Below are positions 54,143 through 64,000 of a stretch of 64,000 nucleotides of DNA, in pieces (position 1 is the first letter of the stretch; each line of letters starts with the position of its first letter). The position numbers and the translations under genes are program-made. The notes beneath the pieces are model-generated. The model was not told the origin of the DNA. It saw only the letters and a list, made by a program, of their open reading frames with translations, and did not search any database. The stretch is from Octopus vulgaris (Eukaryota): positions 16,616,001 to 16,680,000 of the forward strand of contig OX597835.1 in NCBI GenBank assembly GCA_951406725.2, read 5' to 3'.

Positions 54143-54504
54143 TATATATATATATATAAAATTTTGATGTTCTGTGAGAATAGAGAATACTGTGGTAGCT
54201 ACTGTGAGAGAAATACTCTTACTGGCTCTTGTTTATATCACTAGCGGAGAAGTAAATCACTCGCCACAAGCCAGAGCTGAGACCACCAGATCACTCGATA
54301 TTGACCTTCCCTGACCTTGTCAATTGTGGATGCTCAGGCGCCAGCGGAAATACAGTGCCGGAACAAGTATTGGTGTCGTGAGTAGCCAGTGGACTTATTA
54401 GAAAATAATTCTCATCAGCAGAAGTAGCGTTAATTCCAAAAATTCATATTTATCCTCACTTAAAATTAGACGTATTCTCTGTCTTTCCGCCTCTCTCTCT
54501 CCAC

Positions 54505-54626
<122 letters not shown>

Positions 54627-54639
54627 ATCTATCTCTCTC

Positions 54640-54734
<95 letters not shown>

Positions 54735-54737
54735 CTA

Positions 54738-54868
<131 letters not shown>

Positions 54869-55070
54869 TATAAAGAAAACAGAAAATGGAGAAGTACTGA
54901 TGAACAACAATCGACTTACATAAATTATTATTTATTAATTCAATGCAAATTGACTGCATCCCAATTAACAGTTATTTCCGCTTCCAATGTTCTATAGTAT
55001 TGCAATTGATATGCAAAAATATGTAAAAATTAATCATATTTGGTAAAAGAACCTATCTATCAACAATTTA

Positions 55071-55133
<63 letters not shown>

Positions 55134-55619
55134 TTTATGCATACGCTTAAAGTTAAATGCAGTAATATACATAGCATATACATACATACACACATTGTGA
55201 GGATGCCACTGTCGCCTCACTCTTAAAGCAACGTAACCAACGCTGAAATATCTCCAGTCTCTTAATACTCGAGCGAGTTGTGTTGTATTTAAAGAAACTA
55301 AAGTACAGCCGCAAAATGAAAGTGCAGTGATGTGAAAGCAAAGCGATCGAGTTGCTTATCGTCGCTGATTTTCCTGACTAACTATAACATCTATCACGAG
55401 CTGAAGGCCTTATAAAGATTCAGAGAAAAAGTGTGCTACGCAGCTGAAGTCAGCTAATCGGTTAATAACGTACGAGAAGGAAAGACAACTCAGTCGGTTT
55501 GCAAATCAGGTTCATTAATTGCTTGATGTGTCAGTTCCTATCGAGCAGGGATCTTTGAGAATGTAACGTACCACCCTACTGATGATTCTCCATATGTAAA
55601 AAAACAACAAAATGCTGGC

Positions 55620-56090
55620 TACAACTAAGTCACTGTCAAATAGAAAGGAGTCAGGAGTGAACAACATTCCACTAGAAATTCGGGGAAATGGAAGATACTA
55701 ATTCATTAGATATTTCCGCCACTTCCTTACGGAATTTGAAGCTGACGAAGTCCTGTACAACTGGATGCTCAGGGATAAAGATAAATGCAGGAATTATCGA
55801 GGGATTTATCTACTTGGCGCTGTGGGGAAGATCCTTGAAAACAGTATTGTTGAACTGTTTGTTTCAAATATTCTCAGTAGAGGTTCTACTTGAAGCTCAA
55901 CGTTTCAGAAGGATGTGGCGGTGGTGGGGGGTATCATGGAGGTCGTGCTCTAAGGTGTGACAGATTCGGGAGAAATGTGTGGAGTATAACAAGGCATCGC
56001 ATTTAACCTTTGTCGACTTCACGAAGGGATTCGACATCGTAAGCCAGTCGGGCCCGTGGCAGGTATTTTGAAAGTCTAGATGCTTTGAAG
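55620..56090 (+). mobile_element. Old RTE LINE RT fragment
   Basis: DKDKCRNYRGIYLLGAVGKIL and QIREKCVEYNKASHLTFVDFTKGFDIVS read in shifted frames. Confidence 0.75.
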
Positions 56091-56139
56091 AGTTCACTCG
56101 TATGACAGACTTTCTACAAACTGATCTGAAAGCTCAGAT

Positions 56140-56378
56140 GGCGAAGACAAATAAGGGCCGGTTTCCAGGTTTCTCGGTTTCATGGCGTATAAATCCCCCA
56201 CCTGGACGGGATACCGGTCTGTTACGGGATTACTCGTTTTTGCCAGTTGAGTGGACATGGAGCAATGTGAAATGAAGTGTTTTGTTCAAGAACATAACGC
56301 ATCGCCCGGTTCAGGAATCGAACCCACAGTCTTACGATCATAAATCCAACACCCTAACCACTAAGCCATGCACCTCCA
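56140..56378 (-). mobile_element. tRNA-derived SINE (family C-like)
   Basis: Minus head ggaggtgcatggcttagtggttagggtgttgg…gggttcgattcct; flanked by a duplicated ttctacaaactg(g)atctg. Confidence 0.8.
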
Positions 56379-56848
56379 TATTCGTCAGATAGACATTCTA
56401 CAAACTGGATCTGCCCAATGAATGGAGGAGGTTCAGATGTCAAGACAGATGCTCCGTCTACGATGGCCCAGTGGTCAGAGAAACCAGAGTAGATTTCTGA
56501 ATGAGATATAAGGTTGTGCTTAAAAATAGCTTGAATAAATTGGCGGCCGATGGCCAAATAAGGGCCGAAGCAACCATTGGAGGTGATTGGGTAATTTCTG
56601 ATACCCCTGAGACAACTCATGACGTTTCCTAAGGATCATCATCTTCATCGATCGATGAACTGCATCCACATTCACATACTCACATATACATATATGTGTG
56701 TATGTATAACGAGGCTAGGTGCCTGAAACTTCGAAGTCCCTGTTAACTCTCAGGTCTCCAAAATCTAATAAACATATACTGTACTAAAAATTATCGAGTA
56801 ATCCTTAGGTTTAATGTCAAATTGGTTGCATATATAAATTGATATAAA

Positions 56849-56883
<35 letters not shown>

Positions 56884-57038
56884 AACGCACGCACACACAC
56901 ACGCACACACACACACACGCACACACACAAACTCACACACTCACACACGCACACACACAAACGCACACACACACACTCACGCACAAACACACACACACAA
57001 ACACACACACATACGCACACACACACACACTCACGCAC

Positions 57039-57069
<31 letters not shown>

Positions 57070-57073
57070 AACG

Positions 57074-57104
<31 letters not shown>

Positions 57105-57166
57105 GCACACACACACACGCACACACACACACGCATACACATTATTCCTATACAAGACTGCTGTTG

Positions 57167-57211
57167 GCAGTAATTTTGAAGTTTCGGCCGGTTAAGCCAT
57201 CGTCGGACTGC
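57167..57211 (-). ncRNA. Hammerhead-like motif (CCGACGA core)
   Basis: Minus strand gcagt-CCGACGA-t ggc ttaaccg gcc-GAAAC-TTC-aaaatt-actgc. Confidence 0.45.
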
Positions 57212-57350
57212 TGCTTGAAACTGCGAAGTTACTGTCAACAACGTTCTTGTTTAAGAATAACAAATTTGCATTCTATAAAAGTCTAGAGTAACCCACCAGA
57301 TTAATGCGAAGTTGCTTTTATTATAAATGAACATAAAAACAAACTAAGCA

Positions 57351-57509
57351 GAGGCGTGGCTGTGTGGTAAGTAGCTTGCTTACCAACCACATGGTTTCGG
57401 GTTCAGTCCCATTGCGTGGCACCTTGGGCAAGTGTCTTCTACTATAGCCTCGGGCTGACCAAAGCCTTGTGAGTGGATTTGGTAGATGGAAACTGAAAGT
57501 AGCCCGTCG

Positions 57510-57543
<34 letters not shown>

Positions 57544-57765
57544 TATATATATTTATGTGTGTGTCTTTGTGCATGTATTTCTCCTCGCCACCACCACCAC
57601 TTGACAAACGATGTTGGTGTGTAACTTAGCGATTCGGCAAAAGTGACTAATAGAATAAATACTAGGCTTAGAAAGAATAAGTCCTGGGGTCGATGTGTTC
57701 GACTAAAGGCGGTGCTCCAGCATGGCCGCAGTGAAATGACTGAAATAAGTAAAAGAATAAATAAA
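57351..57765 (+). mobile_element. SINE family A, full length
   Basis: Head, body and tail as in other copies. Confidence 0.9.
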
Positions 57766-57801
57766 AGAACATATATATATATTATACATATGTATAAGCA
57801 T

Positions 57802-57840
<39 letters not shown>

Positions 57841-58228
57841 CATACCCATACACGTATACCACATATACATATATTATATATATATTATACGCACATACAT
57901 AAACATACGCGTATATATAAACCACACACATGCATACACAAATACGAACACAATACCGAAAGTACATAAAACCACTGAAAACTGAAGTAGCAGATAGATA
58001 AGAAGTAGCGAGAGGTTCGATCCCCAGGCAGGTCTGCAGGCAGGCAGACAAACAGACAGGCAGGCAGACGGGCAGCTGTAAACTTAGTACCACTGTAAGA
58101 AAAAAAGGCAAACAAACAAACAAACAAAAACCGAATAAACCATTCTAACCATTCCAGAGAGGATGAAGAAGAGGAGGAGAAAGAGAAGGAGGAGGAGGAG
58201 GAGGAGTAGGTACATGCAAATGGTTTAC

Positions 58229-58270
58229 CTGTCATAAGCAAGCCACAAATGGTAAGAAGTTCCGGTGTCA
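58229..58270 (-). CDS. 42-nt symmetric phase-2 coding exon (DTGTSYHLWLAYDR)
   Basis: Acceptor ttttctatttttctgctttgcctcaccag, donor AG|gtaaac; joins in frame to the exon at 49244 (AG+A = Arg). Confidence 0.6.
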
Positions 58271-58414
58271 CTGGTGAGGCAAAGCAGAAAAATAGAAAAA
58301 TAACAGAGCCGTACGGTTTTTATATCGTGGTAGATGGTGGGTAAAAGGATGGTATAAGATGGTAGATAATAATGGTAGATAACGGTATATGGTGATGTTC
58401 GGTGGTAGAAAATG

Positions 58415-58447
<33 letters not shown>

Positions 58448-58504
58448 TGTATGTATGTATGTATGTATGTATGTGTGTATATATGTATGTGTGTATATAT
58501 GTAT

Positions 58505-58744
58505 GAAAGGTAGGAGAGTCCAGTTTGCTGGACATTGTTGTAGAGCTGAAAAAGAAGTAATTTCTACTCTTCTCCTCTAGAAGCCATCTACTCGCAATAC
58601 CAGAGGGCGCACACTCTCCTACCCTGATGTAATCTCTAGGGATACAGGCATCCAGCAACAGGACCTCCGTAATGCCATGATGGACCGTGAAGTCTGGCGT
58701 AGCATGGTAAATTCCATTGTCTCGACCACGGTCGAACAATGATG

Positions 58745-58746
<2 letters not shown>
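58505..58746 (+). mobile_element. RTE-type LINE 3' end inserted in (TATG)n
   Basis: KGRRVQFAGHCCRA…RGRTLSYPDVISRDTG…AMMDREVWRSMV; (GAT) tail. Confidence 0.8.
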
Positions 58747-58777
<31 letters not shown>

Positions 58778-58982
58778 TGTATGTATGTATGTATGTATGT
58801 ATGTATGTATGTATGTATGTATGTATGTATAGTTGGTATTTAGTTTTAGACGATGGAAAGGTGATAACCAACAGTATAGAGTAGTATATGCAGAATGAGC
58901 AAAAACAAAAATAAAACCCACATGAAGAACAGGTTTTAACAAAGGTGCTATTAGTATAACATTTGAAAAGAAAGGGGAAGAT

Positions 58983-59018
58983 CCTCAACGTTTCGGACGT
59001 TAGTTCTTCATCAGAAAA
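58983..59018 (-). ncRNA. Minimal hammerhead-like motif with canonical core
   Basis: Minus strand tttt-CTGATGA-a gaac taac gtcc-GAAAC-GTT-gagg; one stem II mismatch, weak stem I. Confidence 0.55.
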
Positions 59019-60830
59019 AATAAAAAAAAGAAGGAAAGAACAAAAGCTGTTTAGATAATGGTAGATAATGGTAGATGAGACTATATGGTAGTATATAATT
59101 GCAGGCAATTGTATATAATGGTATATAGTGTCAGAAATGGTATATGTTTAATATGTAGTAGTAGCTGGTGGATGGATTGATACTATGTAAGGATATATGG
59201 TGATAGGTAGGGGTATGGGTGGAATATAATACTAGTTAGTGCTGGTTAATGGTATATCATGATAGATAATTATATATGATTGTTATATAATGGTAGATTT
59301 TGGAAGGTTGCTATATAATGACAGAAAATGGTACAAGGCGATAGATAGTGGTTTATGGTTGGTATACAATGGTATATGTTGGAAGATGAGAGTTACATTG
59401 TATTATAGAGTGGTAGATAATGCTATAAGTGGTGGATAGTATTCAATAATGGTAGATGGTGATGGATAATTCTTTCTAATTTCAGCAGCACTTCTGAGGA
59501 GGAGGGGCAAGTCGATTGTATCGACCTAAGCACTGGTACTCATTTTATCGACCCCGAAGGTTGAAAGGCGAAGTAGATCTCAGCGGAAATTGAACTCAAC
59601 GTAAAGAGCTTGGACAAGCGTACCCTTGTTCTTAGGGAGATTCAGCGTCACGCAAAATGTGGTCAGGCTGGCCCCTTTGAATAACAGGTACTACTCATTT
59701 TTGACAGGTACTGTTGATTTTTGTACCTGGAGCAACGTGAAAAAAAGTGTCTTGTTCAAGAGCACAACACACCGCCGGGAATCGAACTCACGTCACGATC
59801 TTTCGATCGTGAGTCGAAAACACTGACCACTAAGCTACGCGCCTTCACTATGGTGACAAAAAGTGATATAAAGCTGTATATACTGGTAGATGTTGTATGG
59901 TGGTACACGGTGGCTTTTGATGGTAGAGAGTGGTACATTTTGCTACATACTGGTAGCTGGTGGCATCTTGGTAACGGCAGGGTTGATTCTACATGGCAGT
60001 ACCCGACGGTATATGACAGTGCCTGGTAGAATATAAAAGTATTTAAGAGCACATGGTGGGATATGTCAGCGAATGTGTGTGCATGTGTGTGTTTATCTCT
60101 CCATCACAGCTTGACAATCGGTGTTGGTGTATTAAAGTCCCCTTAACTTAACGATTCGGCGAAAGAGACCGATAGAATAAGTACTAAGCTTAAAAATTAA
60201 GTCCCGGGGTCGTTTTGTTCGAATAAAACCCTTCAAGGCGGTGCTCTAGCATGGTCGCAGTCAAATGACTGAAACAACTAAAAGAATAACAGAATGAGGA
60301 AATAATATTACTTTGCTTGGAAAACAGGTGAGTGTTGGCGACAGGAAGGGCATCGGGCTGTAGAACTGTCTGACTCATACAGGTGTCAAATAGCGGACGT
60401 TAAAAAAAAAAAAAGGAGCCCAAACTGACGAAGATGTATTTAGTGACTTTTTCCCTTAATGTCTGAGAGTAATGGTAAATGGAGATACATGGAAGTGTTG
60501 AGAAATGGTTCGAAGAGAAGGCAGCACGTAGTGGTACATAGTTGTATACGTTACTGTTTAGGAATGGCGGAATATGGTGGGGGAGTATATAGTAGTGTAA
60601 AATTTGGTTTGTCGGAATTGAAAGAGGATGGAGTTATGTGAGGAAGAAGAGGACATTTTGAAGAAGGAACACAAAGCAAAAACCTCAAAAGAATTATTGA
60701 CAACAGAAGCCAAAAGAAGAATATAAGGAATTGCAGAATTGCAGAAAACGATGAAGATATGTATATGTGTGTGTGTATGTGTGAGTGAGTGTGTGTGTAT
60801 ATGTGTGTATATATATGTATATGTATGTGC

Positions 60831-60881
<51 letters not shown>

Positions 60882-61142
60882 CACACACATATATATACAC
60901 ATAAGGAACAAAGAATTGCAGAAAGCGATGAAGATATGTGTATGTGTGTGTGTGTGTGAGTGTGAGTGTGTGTATATATATATATGTGCATTTATATATA
61001 TATATTTATACACACATATGTATAAATATATACACATATACAAACATATATATGTATATATATACGTGCATATATATATATATGTATATATAAATTTGTA
61101 TATATATAAAGTTGTGTATATGTATATATATATATATATATA

Positions 61143-61233
<91 letters not shown>

Positions 61234-61516
61234 ATGTATGTATATGTATGTATATGTATGTATATATACATACATATACGCACATATATCAGAAAAGAAA
61301 ACAGTAAAAAAAGAACAAGGTTGTTAGAAAAAGAAGAAAAGAGAAAACAAAGAAAGAACAAAGAAAAACAAAACAGAATACGAAGAAGGAAAAATCGAAG
61401 AAAAAAAGAAAAAGTTGAAAAATAAATGTTGAAACAATAAAAAGTAAAAAAAAAAAGATGAAAAAGAAGGATGAAAAGCTATGAGAAGAAATAAAGAAAG
61501 AGGTGCTAAGGAGGGT

Positions 61517-61700
61517 CCACCACCATCACTACCACCACCTCCTCCTATACCACCACCACCACCACCACCGCCGCCGCCACCACCACCACCGCCGCCGCCG
61601 CTACCACCACCACCACCACCACCACCACCACCACCACCACCACCACCACCGCCACCACCACCACCACCACCACCACCACCACCACCACCACCACCACCAT
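61517..61700. repeat. (ACC)/(GCC)n microsatellite
   Basis: Direct reading; poly-Pro and poly-His ORFs are artefacts. Confidence 0.95.
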
Positions 61701-62395
61701 GTTACCAAAAATCTACCAAAAACTGGTTCCGCTAAAAAAGTAGGAACATGATTGTTACAAGATCTGAAGAATGCAAGAGAAGCAAGTTAAGATTGTTTCG
61801 CAGAAGATGTCCTGAAATAATACGGAAAAAGGGTGAGAACCAGGAATGAAAGAATTGGTGCAATTTTTTGTTTTTTTTTGGGGGGGGGGGGGGAAGAATT
61901 TGGTCGCTGTGCAGAGAAAAATGTTAGAGAGAAAGAAAAACAGAAAACATGGCGAAGAGAATAAGCTGGAATAAGATAAAGCTCCACACACCGTTGCCTT
62001 GAGATGGGAATGTGTGTGCATAAATGTATACACACACGTGTGTAGGTATATATACATGTATATATGCATATGTTTAATGAGTATATATGCACATATGTAT
62101 ACTTATACATATATTTATGTGTATACATACATACAAACACACACACATATATATATATACATTTATATATATTTATAAACATATATATATATATATACAC
62201 ATGAGTATATATATATATATATATAAATATATATATATGTATATATATACATGCACACATATGTACATATGCATACATATATATACTTATACATATACTC
62301 ACGTGTATACATATATATATATATATATACATTTATATATATACACACATATATATACACATATGTACATATATATACACACACATATGTACATA

Positions 62396-62436
<41 letters not shown>

Positions 62437-62663
62437 ATATACATATATATATATATATATAGACGTATGTATGTATACATGTATGCATATTTATGGATCA
62501 AAGATAATTATATACATAAATATATGCCCACATATACTCATATGTATATGTGTATATATGCATATACATGTACATATATATGTATATATATATATATACA
62601 TACATATATATATATACATACATTCATATATACATAAACACATATACATGTATATGTGTATTG

Positions 62664-62715
<52 letters not shown>

Positions 62716-63024
62716 GTATATCTACACGCGCAATAATGCATATACATACATGCACACACACTCCCATTTCGACCCAGAGAGGTGTGAATATACACCACAG
62801 CAATACTTACAAATCATCGTCGTCGCTCATCAATTGTTTCCCAAGAAAGATTGGGTTCGTACTATGTATATATATACACACACAGAGAAAGAAATTAATC
62901 TTCATATATAGATATACACGCGGAAAGAAATCAAAGAAAATCACGCACGCACGCACGCACACACAAACAAACACACGCACACACACACACATAGATATAT
63001 CAATACAAATATCTATATATCTAC

Positions 63025-63088
<64 letters not shown>

Positions 63089-63106
63089 GCAAATATATAT
63101 ATATAA

Positions 63107-63170
<64 letters not shown>

Positions 63171-63241
63171 TATAAATATATATGTTGCTGCAAAAAGGAA
63201 AATATAACTCAAAACATGACTACATACATACATAATATTTA

Positions 63242-63281
<40 letters not shown>

Positions 63282-63400
63282 TATATATTTATGTATATAT
63301 ATATATATATGTATATATATGTATATATGTATATATATATATATATATAACAAACATACATACACACACACATATATATATATAAGTATATATATATTAT

Positions 63401-63450
<50 letters not shown>

Positions 63451-64000
63451 CATATGTGTGTGCGTATGCGTAGGCAGAGAGACATCGATACATAGAGGAA
63501 GGGGGACAGGGCGAGTGGGAGAGTGGGAGAAAATGTATTGTATAATTGTATAATTGTATATATATATATATCTTAAGTGCCCAATTCTTAATTCGTCGTT
63601 AAACTCTAAGACTTGATAACATTGCAGGAAGTGCAGCGGGGAACATTTGCTATATGCACGTGCATGTCCACCCTAAAACGATGCATTAGAGCAACATATT
63701 CAAAATAAAATTTGCATAAAATTAATTATACACCTTAATTAATAATATAGTTAATGATGTTTGTTGGTAGTAAAATAGCTGTTGAACATATAGCGTGAAC
63801 TATCTGTAAAGTGCATACGTTTCTACATTATACATACACACATGTGCACATACACATACATATATACCAGAGTAAGCAGATAAATGTAAAACAACGTGGA
63901 AAAAATAGTATTCGAATACCGAAGGTAGAGTAATATGTGTGTGTGTGTGTGTGTGTGTGTACGTGCAGTGTTGTATTTTTAAACAGATTACGTCCATGAG

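Noticed and set aside
61700-61812. Candidate minus-strand exon after acceptor tattatttcag (DIFCETILTCFSCILQ…) or cattcttcag (SCNNHVPTFLAEPVFG…)
   Set aside because: Frames from the first acceptor hit stops, and available donors for the second do not give the phase 2 needed by the 58270 exon; cannot be supported without RNA data

Overview
AT-rich eukaryotic DNA dominated by microsatellites ((TA)n, (CA)n, (TACA)n, (TATC)n, (AAT)n, (ACC)n). The repeat repertoire looks like an octopus/coleoid cephalopod genome (inference from SINE, LINE and Helitron content). Almost all ORF-track entries are microsatellite artefacts. Supported content: (1) the 3' end of one minus-strand spliced gene: a 42-nt phase-2 exon at 58229-58270, a terminal exon at 48944-49244 ending in -TTDI*, and a ~2.3 kb repeat-free putative 3' UTR; (2) decayed CR1, RTE and Dong/R4 LINEs, maT (DD37D), mariner and Tc3/rosa-like transposase fragments, non-autonomous Helitrons, a MITE, and at least four SINE-like families; (3) the most interesting layer: about 15 short minimal type-I hammerhead-ribozyme-like motifs, many flanked by (TA)n and several with a covarying U3-A8 core. 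They sit in partial tandem repeats and large palindromes, including a 361-nt head-to-tail unit truncated at the predicted cleavage site (36834-37380) and a ~950-bp near-perfect palindrome (38117-39067). This pattern suggests non-autonomous Penelope-like or retrozyme elements targeting TA microsatellites. All calls were made by eye; no searches or folding computations were run, and coordinates of decayed repeats are approximate.
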